A stretch of 64,000 bases of DNA from Eledone cirrhosa (GCA_964016885.1 OZ024741.1:195486001-195550000); one strand, 5' to 3'; numbered from the stretch's first letter, positions 1 through 13,420 are shown. The notes: generated by a model not told the origin, from the sequence alone. A program made the numbers and translations.

Positions 1-773
1 TGTTGCCAGGAAGCTCCAGCGTTAGAGTAATATAGATAAGGAAAGTAGTCTATCTCGGACCAACAACCGCTATATTGGCTCCCACTTTGAAGGATACACT
101 TTTGCAATCCAAGAACAGGAAATCAACACGAAATACCTGATTCACAAAAGAGATAGGATGCAGGCAAAACACCTAGATGTGACAACAAGTGCAGACTCTG
201 CAGAATTAACATCAAAGATGTCACCCATGTCATAAGCAGCTGTCCAAAGATGTCATCACGGTACTATCTACCTATGAGGCATGATGTAGTGGCCAAAACA
301 CTGTACACTGCAATCCGTAGAAAATATAGCCCCGATAATAAACACATTAAAAGCTACAGCAATGTGGAAGACATACATATACATGATATGAAAGAGTACT
401 GGTGGAATGTTCCAGTAAAAGCCCCAATAAAATGCGTAACAGACCAGATATAATGATATGGGACAGGGAAAAGAAGGCATGGATAGTAGTGGAAATTGGT
501 TGCCCAGCAGATGCCAATATAATATCAAACATAAGCGAAAAAGAGAATATTTATGCAGAACTGATGAGAAATCTGCAGATACTCCACCCTCATTATACCT
601 TCAGATTTATGCCTGTGATTATTGGGGCATTGGTATATGTTAGTAACTGCCTCAATACAAACCTTGAGAAGCTGGGTTTCACAGAAAGAATACAACTGGT
701 TAGGAAATTACAAGTACAATCCATTAATGGAGCAGTAAAAATATGTAAAACATTCCAAAAATTCTGCATCTAA
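1..773 (+). mobile_element. 3' fragment of R4/Dong-like non-LTR retrotransposon (CCHC knuckle + restriction-like endonuclease), frameshifted
   Basis: CRLC...HVISSC knuckle, RHD motif (MRHDVVAK), RPDIMIWD...VVEIGCP PD-(D/E) core and PVIIGAL across ORFs 250..453 and 402..773. Confidence 0.85.
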
Positions 774-1099
774 TAACTGCATATACACAAGTACAGATAC
801 AAAGCATATGCACACATACAACTCACTCAGGACATACACATCCACACATACAATAACATCCATACCTGCACACACATGACTGCATGCAGACATACCTAGT
901 TGATGTGTAAATTCCAATGAGAGAGTCTTGTATCTATGTTAGAAACCGACACTCTCTCTATTGGCAAAAATTTGTGAAATTATAAAACCAGAAGAACATA
1001 CTTACATATATGTGTGTATTCATATACATATATGTATCTATATAATTGTATACACATTTATATACATATCTAAATTTAGATATAAATAAGGTTTAATTC

Positions 1100-2352
1100 A
1101 CACACATGGCCTAGAATCAAAAGGCCTTAAATTTAACTTGTCTAAGACTAAAGTCCTAGTTTGTAGAAAGGAAAATAGAGCACATGTGCCCTCTGGGAAA
1201 TGGCCATGTTCAGAGTGTAGGAAAGGACTAGGTAGAAATTCCATTTTATGTCCCAAATGCAAACTACATAAAAGATGTAGTGGGATCACAGGTAAACTAT
1301 CTAAGAACGTAGACTTTATATGTGGCCAATGCTCAGGTGCAATAGGTAGCAAGTGTCCAAAGGATACTAGCCCCTTCTATTGCCCAGATGGTTCTATAGA
1401 AATAGACACTTCCGTTACCTGGGTGACAAAATCAGCAGTGGTGGAGGGTGTTCTGAAAGTACAGTAGCCAGAGTCAGAACGGGATGGAAAAAGATCAGAG
1501 AGCTTATATCACTGTTGGCCACAAAAGGTTTCTCTCTAAAAATGAAAAGCAGATTGTGTGATGCTTGTGTACGAACAGCAATGTTACATGGCAGTGAGAC
1601 ATGGGCATTGTGAGCAGAGGACCTGCGTAGACTAGAAAGGAACGAAGCATGCATGCTCAGTTGGATGTGTAATAGTAATATACGCGAACGGTAAAACATA
1701 AATGAACTAAGTGAAAAATTAGGAATAAGAGATTTCAAATTCTGTTTACTTGAGAGAAGACTATGTTGCTATGGTCACGTGATACGCATGAAAGACGAAG
1801 CTGTATAAAAAGGTGCAGGGCGATCAAAATTGATGGTAGTTGCGGAGTAGGTAGACCCAGAAAAACCTGGGACGATTTGATAAATTCCGACCTTACACAC
1901 TGCACCTCTCTAAAACAATGTCACTGGACCGAGATCTTTAGCACTACGCAGTAATACAGAAGACCCGCCTTGCCTATGCACAAAGCGAAACCTACAGTCA
2001 GTAGGCCCCTCTTAACCAAATATACACCCCAACCCACCACCCTTTCTCTGTAAAGTTATGTTGGTACTACAATATCCAGTCCAAACTAATGAGGTCGTGT
2101 AGGTGTCATGACAAAGAAACACACAGTCCACACTCTAATGTGGCCGTGTAGGTCACACGGTAAAAAGCTCCCAGTCCACACTGTAAATGTGGTTGGTGTT
2201 AGGAAGAGCATCCAGCCATCGAAAACCTACCAGATAGTACTATACGAGTGAGACACGGCCACCCGACCAATATTGCTTCAAGTGGGACAATTCCCGTCTA
2301 ACCCATGCTAGTGTGGAAGATAGACATTAAACGATGATGATGATGATGATAA
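1100..2352 (+). mobile_element. RTE-clade LINE 3' fragment with PHD-like finger, 3'UTR and (GAT)n tail
   Basis: GLKFNLSKTKVL, GKWPCSEC...HKRC...CGQC, FRYLGD, MLHGSETW, GRPRKTW; ends in aacgatgatgatgat. Confidence 0.85.
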
Positions 2353-2372
2353 TGTATCTATGTATGTGTGTA

Positions 2373-2435
2373 TGTATGTATGTATGTATGTATGTATGTA
2401 TGTATGTATGTATGTATGTATGTATGTATGTATGT
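2373..2435. repeat. (TATG)n microsatellite
   Basis: direct reading. Confidence 0.95.
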
Positions 2436-2818
2436 GTACATCACAATAAAAGAGTTTGAAAATTATTTTAAGTTCTGTATATCAGGTGATATCTTGTGAT
2501 GTAGTAATCTAAATTTGGCTTTGGAAAATCCCAAATAGACTTTATTACATTCTTATAAAACTGGTTTGTTGACTTACGTGAATTTTAAAGTGTGTTTGCT
2601 TAAGCTGATTTTACATGTTTATATTTTTTAATATGACGAAACACAGACATACAATGCATAGAAACAAACTGAGCTTTCTGCTTTAGATTCCAAATTGGGT
2701 AATGATTTTAATCCTAAAACTACACCTTTGGTCCTACAATACAAAACTATTAATTTTAAAATGTTTATATTAAATAATATATGGGACCTCACGCCAATAT
2801 TATAAATCAATACATAGA

Positions 2819-3210
2819 TGGTGAATTGGCAGAATTGCTAGTGTTGAATAAAATACTATTGTCGTATTTATTCTGACTCTTTACATTCTGGGTTCAAATC
2901 CTACAAAGATCAACTTTGACTTTCATCCTCTCAGGGTTGATAAAATATAATTGTTTCTACTTTCGGCACAAGGCCAGCAATTATCCCAGTGCATTCCTGG
3001 TACTTTATTTTATCGACCTCGTAAGGATGAAAGGCAAATTTAACCTCGGCAGGACTTGAACTCAGATCATAAAGGGGCGTAACTCTATACTGCCAATCCA
3101 CCACCCCATCGTTGATAAAATATAATACTAGTCAAATACAAGGGCTTGATTTAATCAACTTTGCCATTTTGCCAAATTTGCTGGCCTTGTACATAAATTA
3201 AAAATCAATA
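2819..3210 (+). mobile_element. tRNA-derived SINE (+) interrupted by an opposite-strand copy of the same superfamily (~2947-3105)
   Basis: B-box ggttcaaatcc and core ctttcatcct..gggttgataaaat; reverse-complement core tttatcgacc..aaggatgaaaggcaa nested inside. Confidence 0.75.
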
Positions 3211-3992
3211 TATATTCAAAACATGAATTTAACAATGACAAAGTTAGTTATTTCTCTAAATCCCACCTGATTCTTGATTATTTTCAAAATATTTACAGAT
3301 CATAGGCAGTATCTTTATTAGAATTATGGTAACAAGTGTTAATTATATTTCATCTCTATTTGTTGTAAGTGAAAATAAAGAGTTGGGCATACTCTCTCTA
3401 ATCAAGATTTTATTCTTACATGTAGCTACTTCAAATTCTCTGCCAATATATTTGCGAAAAACGTGGACACTAATACTCCTATTACTCATCTCTTGTCTAA
3501 TCAACAGGTATTTAATACCAGAATAAGAAATTTGTCTGAAGACATTTATTCATCTTTGATTTCATTTTGATGGTAGTGTCATAAATATTATATAAGCTCT
3601 CAGTTGTGGCAGTACAAGATTTCTTCATGTCTTCATTGCTCATATATAGCTTCATGTATCTCTCAATATCAACCCTACATTTAACACCCACTTTTCCAGG
3701 CCAGTAATAATTCGATGTTTCATCACAGATCAAGACAGTATTTTATCAGAGTTACTGTCCTCTCAGAGAGGCAGAGGAGGTGGGGATGAGGTTGGCCCAT
3801 CAGCACTAGGGAGATTGTCATATCCTTGATGCAATTGAAGAGTCCTCTCAATTCATTCTTTGAATGCCCTTCCAAATACCAAACACTTTACAAAGTGCAC
3901 TTGGTGTATTTTATTATGGCACAAGCACTCATTCAAAGATGATGATTATATATGTATCATCATCATCATCACCATTTAACATCTACACACAC

Positions 3993-4010
<18 letters not shown>

Positions 4011-4081
<71 letters not shown>
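4011..4081. repeat. (GT)n microsatellite
   Basis: direct reading. Confidence 0.95.
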
Positions 4082-4082
<1 letters not shown>

Positions 4083-4087
4083 TTTGT

Positions 4088-5270
4088 CTAAACATTGCGT
4101 CTTTTCTGTGTGTAGATTTTATTTTTATTTCTGTTCTCTAATTTGCCCTTATGTTCTATTTTAGCATGTTGGTGGAGTACTGATGATTCTTCACTATCTT
4201 GAAGCTCTCGCCAGTGTTCATTTATCCGTTCTCCTATACTACGAGCTGTCTCACATATGTACACTATATTCTTATCTTTACATTGTCCTTCAGTACATCT
4301 TATGCTATATACTATGTTTCTAGTTTTACAGTTAATATGGGGGCTTAGTTTACAGATTATGCATTTCTTATCTATACAGGGAGGTCTTTGAAAAGGGTAT
4401 GTATTACTAATAAGTGTTTTTATGGAGGTACCTGGTCTTTCTACTATCTTAATATTAAGTTTAAGTTTATCTAGAGCCCTTCTAAAACTTAATATTAAGA
4501 TAGTAGAAAGACCAGGTACCTCCATAAAAACACTTATTAGTAATACATACCCTTTTCAAAGACCTTCCTGTATAGATAAGAAATGCATAATCTGTAAACT
4601 AAGCCCCCATATTAACTGTAAAACTAGAAACATAGTATATAGCATAAGATGTACTGAAGATAAGAATATAGTGTACATAGGTGAGACAGCTCGTAGTATA
4701 GGAGAACGGTTAAATTAACACTGGCGAGAGCTTCAAGATAAAAAAGAATCATCAGTACTCCACCAACAGGCTAAAATAGAACATAAGGGCAAATTAGAGA
4801 ACATAGAAATAAAAATAAAATCTACACATAGAAAAGACGCAATGTTTAGACAAATCACAGAGGCAATAAACATAAATGAACTCCAACCAAAATTAAATAG
4901 AAAACATGAATGGAACAGCAACATCACAACTTACAATTAAGGACAAAATGAAAACACACACACATAGAACAACCAACCAACCAGTAACATGTAAATAAAC
5001 AAATAAATAAACTAATAAAAACACACACAGACACCCGGATGTAACACATGCGCAAACTAAGCACACAACACACACAAAAACAAGATGGCGTATGACAGAA
5101 CAAAGGAGAGGCACAAAACAAAGAAAAGAATCCCCAGTCACTGAAGAGGTCACAGAATGTGTGACGAAAGATCTTTGACAATATATGAACAACCGTCCGG
5201 TTGTGGAACCAACCAACCAACCGGAAATTTATAAATTCTTAAATTTATAAATTTAATTTATAATAAATTG
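4088..5270 (+). mobile_element. Penelope-like element (Nematis-like GIY-YIG) with 5' inverted duplication (arms ~4088-4462 and ~4484-4850)
   Basis: CIDKKCIIC...CKTRNIVYSIRC...YIGETARSIGER...H...RQITEAINI encoded on both strands by the palindrome; HHR downstream. Confidence 0.85.
5137..5179 (+). ncRNA. minimal type I hammerhead ribozyme
   Basis: gtca CTGAAGA g gtcaca-gaatg-tgtgac GAAA gatc TT tgac; palindromic GATC stem III; one extra G before stem II. Confidence 0.75.
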
Positions 5271-5456
5271 GAGTGAAAGCAACTGGTGCATGTGTTTCTT
5301 ATTGGCAACATGGCCCTCCCAAAGTATAACAATATCGGTTTTAACACACGTTTTAAGATAAAGAATCTTGCTAAACAAATTCAGAAACGAAATATATATA
5401 TATATATACATACAATATTAAATAAATGGAAAACTATATTTATAAAACCATATTTA

Positions 5457-5518
5457 TTTCATTATATATATTTCGGGGATATCATATTAACAATATGCTA
5501 TGCCTTCATCAGACAAAA
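5457..5518 (-). ncRNA. type I hammerhead ribozyme
   Basis: minus strand: tttgt CTGATGA aggcatagcatatt-gtt-aatatgatatcccc GAAA tatata TA atgaa. Confidence 0.75.
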
Positions 5519-6509
5519 TACAATATAAACAGTTTTATAGATAAATATATTCGACATACCGTAATAAACATCAACTTCATTTGAAGAGGTTCACTCTAGC
5601 AGTGAAAATACAGAGAGAAAGAAAGAGAGAGAGAAAAGAGGGAAATAGGAAAGAAAGAAAGACAAAACGAAGAAAAGGAAGAAAAAGAAGAAAAAGAAAA
5701 AGAAGAAATGCATGGGACAAAATAGAGAGATGGAAAAATAGATAAAGCGAAGAGCTTCATGTAAAGAGACAGAAAGAGATATATATATAGAGAGAGAGAG
5801 AGAGGAAGTAGAGATAGATACATATATAAATATAGATATAGAAAAATTAGGTAGTGGGAGGTCATTTTGAGTAAGTGTATCAATGATGCATTTATTTATT
5901 TATTTATTTATTTAGCTCAAGTATTAATGTAAGGGAGATATATAGAGAGATATAGAGAGATATAGAGAGAGAAAAAATTTAAAAATAGCCAGACATATTC
6001 GAGGCGTAGAGAACCCTATGTTTTAATGTATTAGTATTTATAAAACTTACACTATATTGTAAATATCAGTATTCCTGAATGAAACAAGTATTCACAATGC
6101 GTGAAAATTCATTATCTTATGTTTAGTTTTTTAAAAAATTCATATGTCTATGTGAATCCAACTGATTCACTCCGCAAATTCAAAGTTACCGGAAAACATT
6201 CTCAATGTGGTATAAAAATTTGAGCGTATTATTATTCTTGCGATTACTCTACAAGATTATCTATCAAGCAGAAATAGAGAGCAGATTTCAATATACTAAT
6301 CGAAAATATATATTATATTATAAGCAGAGATAACAATAATAATGATAATAAGTAAAAATATATAAAAATATAAAAATATAGAATAGAAAACTACAAAAGA
6401 ATATTACGAAAGAATATTACATAATAAAAATATTGCATATTAAAAATACTACGTATTAAAAATATTACGTATTAAAACTTTACATATAAAAATATACATA
6501 TAAAAATAT

Positions 6510-6668
6510 TAAAAATAAAAATAAAATAAAATAAAAAATAAAAATATTATAGAATACTACAATACTAAAAGAATAAAAATAAAAATAAAAATAAAAATAA
6601 AAATAAAAAATAAAAATAAAAATAAAAATAAAAAATAAAAATAAAAATAAAAATGAAAATAAAAATAA
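6510..6668. repeat. (TAAAAA)n simple repeat
   Basis: direct reading; again near 6914-6965. Confidence 0.9.
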
Positions 6669-8065
6669 ACCACAAAGAACAACCCTTCAAAGTTAATTGA
6701 CAATATATTGCCAAGTTCACTACAAGACAAAGCCAAAAATTATCTATCAAATCACATCTAGCAAGGAATATCGCAAAAAAAGATTATGATGTCCAATAAT
6801 GTCTACATATGTTCCTATATTTAATATATAAGTTTATCAAGTGTAAGGTTAATTCAAAAAATTTGGAGCATCGGCTTTTAGGGTAGCTTAATTTTTCATG
6901 AGGAATGTTTAGATAAAAATAAAAATAAAAATAAAAATAAAAATAAATAAAATAAAATAAACAATAAAAAGAGTAAAAAGAGGGAATCAAAGATTTAGGA
7001 ATCAAAAGATTTATCGGCTAGTTCTCATATAAATATAAATCAAACTAAATATACTACATTTTAAATTTAAATTTATATTTAAACGTTGAGTTTAATCTAT
7101 GTTTGCAACAACTGAATAAATTTGTCCGTAGGTTAAGGGAATTTTTAGATTTTAGTATAAAGAATATCTCCTCTGCGCAGAGGTCACATGTCTCAGAGGA
7201 TGAATTAAAAGGAATCCCTCTATATATATACATATATATATATAGGGAAAAGCGGACGTAAAATGATAATGATGATGATATATATATAATAGGTGAAACT
7301 CGATTTCAAGAAATGCCAACACTTGATACTTAAGCATGAACATCACAGGTGTGGCTTTTTAGTCCGGCTAGCGAAGAAGGCTTACCTATGGCCAGCAATA
7401 CCATGCATCGCAAAAAGTGTCACATATCAAACGATGCCTCTACCTGAAACTTTAAATGAGGAAAGGCTTTGCACAAGGCCAATCCCACTCTCTGAACATT
7501 GAATGCATTTGCCCAAAAAGACTGGTCTACATCATTGGATGCAAACGAAGTCTCAGGTTTTATATCAAAGCGACCTTCTCCTAGAGTGATGTCTTAATGA
7601 AGACTAGGAGACTCCCGCTCCACAAAAAAAAAAAAAAACTTTATTGATTCTCCTGAGTTCCTCTGCCCTTTGACAGGTTTTGTTTTTCATCCTGCAGGGT
7701 ATCCAAAATCCTCCTCCTCACCAAGCAAGCTTGGTAGAGTTGCTGGTTTAGTCACCGACAACCCAACCATGCACAGGTTGTACTGGATTACATGTTACCA
7801 GTAGCACAAAAGAGCATTTTTATATGTGCATACATATGTATATATTTGCGTATAATTTTCATGTATAATTTTCATGTATATTCAGAAGATCCCATTAAGG
7901 GTGAAAACAGTGATTCTTTACTGAAACTTTAATCTGTACTTATAATAAATATTTGCTTTATGGGTTTTTATATATATATATTTTATATATATATATTTTA
8001 TATATATATCTAACCCTTATCGAGCCCTCTTTGGATTTTAGTCTTCGCATTTATTATTATTATAT

Positions 8066-8922
8066 ATCATCATCATCATCATCATCATCATCATTTTACA
8101 TCCGCTTTTCCTTGCTTGCAGGGGTGGGACGAGTCCTCTTCAGCACAGCATCTCTCCATTCATCATTGTCCTTCGTCATCTCCTCTGTGAGCTTCAGTGA
8201 TCTGAGGTCTACTCTCACCACATGTTTTCCGTGGTCTTTCTCTACTGCGTCTTCCTTCCACCAGGAAGAGTCTTGTCCTCTTTCTTACTTATCAACACTT
8301 TAGTCTTTGCTAGGTTCACTCTCAGTCCCTTTGATTTCAACTGCTGTTTCCACAGCCGGAATTTATTCTCTAGCTCCTCTACTGATTCTGCTATAAGAAC
8401 CAGATCGTCAGCATAGAGAAGTTCCCATGGACAGCCAGTCTTAACCTCCTCAGTTCTGACTTGGAGAACTATAATGAATAAGAGTGGGCTGAGGACTGAA
8501 CCTTGATGAACTCCTACTTGTATCTGAAATTCCTCACTAAACTCTATTCCTACTCTCACTTTACTGACAGCTCCTCTGTACTTAGCTTGCACTGTCCTCA
8601 CAAGTCATTCCTTTACACCTAGTTTCCTTAGGGACCACCAGATGGCAGATCAGGATACTCTATCATAGGCCTTCTCTAGGTCAACAAAAGCTAAACTTAG
8701 TGGCTTATTCTTCTCTAAGAACCTCTTCTGTAGTTGTCTCACTAAGAAGAGGGCATCTGTTGTACTTTTCCCAGGCACTGCATCTCATCTAATTTGACAC
8801 CTTCTCTAATTAGTTGTGCTAGCACTCTTTCTGTCACTTTCATAACCTGATCCATCAGTTTTATGCCTCTATAATTGCTCCTCTTCTGAGCATTCCCTTT
8901 ACCTTTGTAGCAATTAACAAGA
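8066..8922 (-). mobile_element. RTE-clade LINE RT fragment, internally deleted
   Basis: YKGKGNAQ..NYRGIKL, GVHQGSVLSPLLF, ELLYADDL; tail read as (CAT)n on +; same family as 25505-27790. Confidence 0.9.
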
Positions 8923-8954
8923 ATATGTATATATATATATATATATATAAAAGT

Positions 8955-10202
8955 ACTCCACGTAGCCGTACCAATACTCATCGTAATAACAGAACAGCCC
9001 CTCCAATCCCACTAGTACACACCAGCCGCATAGTTTAAACAACCCTACTCCTACTAATCGCAACCGTAATTGCAACTGCCGTAACCCCCACTGCTTGCCC
9101 GCTTAACGACCAGTGCCTTACGCCCAATATCGTATATAGGTGCAGGGTTAGAACGGCCTCATCCACTAGCTCTTATATTGGCTCTACCTCTAACCCCTTT
9201 AAGGTTCGCTATAATGCGCACTCATTTTCCTTCCGCGACCCTAGCAATAGATGCTCAACTTCTCTAACTAGGCTCATTAAAAACCTTAGACTAGCCAACA
9301 TTGAACATTCACTAACTTGGGATATCTTAGCTAGATCTCCTGCATTTAATGGGAGAAAACACTCTTGCGATCTCTGTCTTACCGAGGCCTATCACATAAC
9401 GTTGTCAAGGCCACTCCCTATCAATGACAGGAATGAGTTGGTCATCAACTGCTACCACCGCAGAGCGAGTTTCTTCGCCACTTCGCCAACAGAATATTCG
9501 ACCCAGCTTAGCCTATCCTTTAGTCATGCCACTCCCTAAAACTAACAAATTAATGACATCATTAGTCCACCACATAAGCACCTATAAGTTACCTCCCTCG
9601 CATTATCTTAGCTACAAATCCCACTGCAACTATACCTATAAGCTACCTCACTACCCTACCTTGGTTACAGCTCCTAGTGGGATTCTTGGCTCTCCAAGGA
9701 GTTACCTACCTTGAAACCCATCTCTATACAATAAGTTAGTTTTCCTACACGAAGCCATTTTGGTGTGTGATAGGCAGCAGTGTTTACCTTCAGCCTCGGC
9801 AGACATCTAATGTTTATTTATACCATACACATGAAATTCTCTAGTGCCAACCTGCCCCATCTAGGGAGTTGCTAATCTGAGGATTCTTGACGGACACGTA
9901 ACCCTCCCATTTTATTTTTATTTCATTTTTATTTTTATTTCTGCTTTATATATAGTAATAATCTCATTATCTTTCCCCAAGTTCCGAAGATCTGCTCCAT
10001 AATATTATTCTATGTTACTTATATTTCTCAGCACCAAATCAATAACTTTCTTACCATCGATTGATCCAGAAACATTATATGGAGTAGTGAAACAATTGTA
10101 AACTGACATTACTATCCCCTTTCTATATTAAATGTACTTAATGTTGATACTCTGTGACTAATGTCTTCTATGTGAATTTGTGGTCTTGATTTGCTTAACT
10201 TC

Positions 10203-10205
<3 letters not shown>
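8955..10205 (+). mobile_element. Penelope-like element 3' part (Naiad/Neptune-like GIY-YIG), flanked by (TA)n
   Basis: manual translation from ~9060: CNCRN..CPLNDQCLTPNIVYRC...YIGSTSNPFKVRYNAH...CDLCLTE...CYHR; HHR-like motif near the 3' end. Confidence 0.8.
9980..10104 (+). ncRNA. hammerhead ribozyme variant with long stem II (core CCGAAGA)
   Basis: agtt CCGAAGA t ctgctccata...tatggagtag t GAAAC aatt GTA aact. Confidence 0.6.
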
Positions 10206-10270
<65 letters not shown>

Positions 10271-10285
10271 ACGTTAAGAAGGGCG

Positions 10286-10938
10286 TTCGTGAAAGTGAAA
10301 GTAAATTTTTTGACAAGTGAATTTTTTTTTTTTTACAATGAAAGTTACGATACACACGCAATGTATGAATTTCTTAAAATATATATATATGTGGGTGTGT
10401 ATATGTGTGTATATATGTGTGTACACTGTGAATTTGTTTGTTTATTTACAACAGGTCTCTATAGTGATATGGTGTTAATTAGTATTGCGTGTGTGATTAT
10501 TTTTTTCTTATATATATATGTGTGGGTGTGTATATGTGTGTATATATATGTGTGTCTGTATGTATATATATATGTGTGTTTGTATATATATATGTGTTTG
10601 TGTCATCATCATCGTTTAGATGTTTTTGTAATATCTTGCTATTTAAAAACACACAATGTCATTATTTAAAAAAAAATGTTCCGTACACACAATACACAAA
10701 AAAAGAAAAAGAAAAAATAATCACACACGCAATACTAATTAACACCATATCACTATAGAGACCTGTTGTAAATAAACAAACAAATTCACAGTGTACACAC
10801 ATATATACACACATATACACACCCACACATTTTTATATTTTAAGAAATCCATACAATTGCGTGTGCATCGTAACTTTCATTGTAAAAAAAAAAAAAAAAA
10901 AATTCACTTGTCAAAAAATTTACTTTCACTTTCACGAA
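10286..10938. repeat. long inverted repeat (arms ~10286-10508 and ~10707-10938)
   Basis: ttcgtgaaagtgaaagtaaattttttgacaagtga versus tcacttgtcaaaaaatttactttcactttcacgaa and onward. Confidence 0.9.
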
Positions 10939-11052
10939 TATTAATCATATCATAAAAGAATTAAAAAATAAAAATTATTAAAGTTTTATAATCCGTTATA
11001 ACGTTTTAGGTACCCGATTGATAAGAGACGTCAAAAATTAGAACCTGTTTAT

Positions 11053-11500
11053 TTAGTGTTTTTTCCTGACTTTTTGCGAGGCTTGGAATGTAGACAGAGC
11101 TTTATGAAGGCAGTTTGAGAATAATTCACTCTTTTTGTTAATTAAATGTTCACAATCAGTAATTATTAAAAGGTATCCATGGTTGCAGTTAGGTGATATT
11201 GACGAATTCAAATAAATTCTACTATTACATAACTTCGCCCAAGAAATCGAGTATTTTAAGTTTTTGTCTTTTAATGGCCATATAAGTTGTGATAAAGAAG
11301 TCGAAGATTTCCTATTAGGATTCGAAAAAGAGCATTTGTGATTCGCAAATCTAGATTTAAATGTCGAAGAAGTTGCACCTATATAGTTGTATGTGATGTT
11401 ATTTGCTTTTACGGTGCATTTATATACCAAATTGTTATCCAGACAGTTATTTTATTTATTGAATCTCTAACAGTTATGTAAATTACTGTTATGTATTTTT
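11053..11500 (-). mobile_element. Penelope-like GIY-YIG endonuclease fragment
   Basis: CLDNNLVYKC...YIGATSSTFKSRFANHKCSF...INKKSELFSNCLH. Confidence 0.8.
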
Positions 11501-11659
11501 AAGCTTTCTTACACGCACCCTCTGTATTATATGGATCATATGTAAGTTTGTTCATGTATCAATCTTAAGGTATATAAATATTGAGTTTTGTCATATCTTA
11601 CTCACTACCATGACTGGATCTTAACCATCTACTATGTCAGGGTATGTCATGCATCATCT

Positions 11660-11726
11660 TATTTTATCTGATGAGGACGTACTGTTGAAGTTAGCTCAGT
11701 ACCTCTGAAATATGTATAATAAAATA
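11660..11726 (+). ncRNA. type I hammerhead ribozyme
   Basis: attttat CTGATGA ggacgtactg...cagtacctct GAAA tatgta TA ataaaat. Confidence 0.75.
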
Positions 11727-11958
11727 TACTTGATCACAATGAAGTTCTATTTTTGTTAATATTTTGAATGAATATTAATAACTCCAGAAAACCATAACTG
11801 TTGAGTGCTTCCAATCTATTGTAAAACTAATTCTTTGATTTATTCATTGAACCTTGTTTAACCTTTAAATATATATACATATATATATAAATATAAATAC
11901 ACACACATATATATATAGTTATACAGACATATATATATATATACATATATATATATAT

Positions 11959-12238
11959 GGAGGCATGTGGCCTAGTGGTAAGGGTGTTCGACTTACGATC
12001 ATAATGTCATGGGTTCGATTCCTGGGTTGCGTGTTGCGTTCTTGAGCAAAACACTTTATTTCACTTTGCTCCAGTATATTCAGCTGAAAATGAGTACCAG
12101 CAATAGCTGGGAGTTTAACCCTGCAATGGACTGGCGTCCTTTCCAAGGAGCAGTCTTGTACTCTTAGTCGCTTCGCGCCATAAACCGGGATAAGCACCGG
12201 CCAAACGAGCCTTCTGGCTTAAGACAAACTTTACACTT
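11959..12238 (+). mobile_element. tRNA-derived SINE with CORE-like domain
   Basis: A box tggcctagtgg, B box ggttcgattcc, ttcttgagcaaaacacttt; related copy at 32208-32420. Confidence 0.8.
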
Positions 12239-12842
12239 TTAGATACATACAAGTATACATACATATATATATATTTGTATGTATAAAATAAATGTTAAAA
12301 CAGAAGTTACATAATCATATTTATTAATTATACATATTTCTGTGAACAGTAAAATGTTGGGTTCATATAAACATCAGCCCTATTTTTTGTATGAGTGTTT
12401 GTAAGTGTTTGAGTGCATAGGTATGCATATTTGCATGTATATATATGCACATGTGTATGTATGTGTGTTTATGCCTGTGAATTCCATTGTGAGTGTGTAT
12501 ATATATATGTACATGTGTGTGTTGGGTATAGGTGTGTGAGGTCCAGAAGGGTTGATGGTCAAACAGACAACACAATATGCAAAACAGGAATGGGACAATG
12601 AACTCCCTTGAAGGGATGGTGTGGAGTTTGGTACTGTGTGGCATTGGTGTAGGTTCAAATTGCCCATCAGACAGCAACAACACCAACAACAGTGACAGCA
12701 ACATCAACAACAACAGCAACAGTAGCGACAACATCCAATACGACAAACAAATTGAGCCATAATGTCAACAGAAGTAGTAGTAGCAATAATCATAATTCTA
12801 ATAAGGACAATAATTAGTACCAGTAGTATCACTAGTAACAAT

Positions 12843-13420
12843 AATTGTTTCTACTTTTGGCACAAGACCAGCAATTATCCCAATGCATTACTGGTATTTT
12901 ATTTTATCGACCCCGTAAAAATAAAGATAATAATAAGGTGATAACAGCTCATACTTATGTATAATCCTAAATACAAAAACATTACTATTAATGTTTTCAT
13001 CATTATTATTATTACGCGGTGAATTGGCAGTATCAGTAGAGAGTCGGACGCATGCTTTGTAGCATAGTTACGTCCCTTTACAATCCGAGTTCAAATCCCG
13101 CCGAAGTTAACTTTGCCTTTCATCCTTACGGGGTCGATAAAATAAAGTACCAGTAATGTACTGGTTAATTGCTGGCCTTGTACCTAAAATAGAAACAATT
13201 ATTATTACTATTATTAATACCTTCAGTCGCTTTATGTTTAATAATTGTTTCTACATTTGGCACAAAGCCAGCAATTACCCAGTACATTACTGGTACTTTA
13301 TTTTATCGACCCCGTAAAGATAAAAGGCAAAGTTAACCTCAGCGGGATTTGAACTCAGATCGTAAAGGGACGTAACTATGCTGGAAAGCATGGTGTCCGA
13401 CTCTCTACCTATACTGCCTA
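12843..13420. mobile_element. cluster of tRNA-derived SINEs: partial (-) 12843-12920, (+) 13016-13200, (-) 13241-13420
   Basis: gagttcaaatcccgcc..aactttgcctttcatccttacggggtcgataaaataaagtacc and its reverse complement. Confidence 0.9.

Noticed and set aside
3300-3740. Integrase-like relic (YYWPG..DIERYMK) on minus
   Set aside because: Only one motif is recognisable; too decayed to call
7878-7915. cagaaga-tccc-attaa-gggt-gaaa
   Set aside because: Core mutated and stems I and III cannot be closed
9060-9500. Selenocysteine-coding PLE (Naiad-type)
   Set aside because: The conserved Cys codons I could read here and at 54270-54730 are TGY, not TGA; no SECIS identified
11959-12030. tRNA gene
   Set aside because: A/B boxes continue into a SINE body; no clean cloverleaf or terminator
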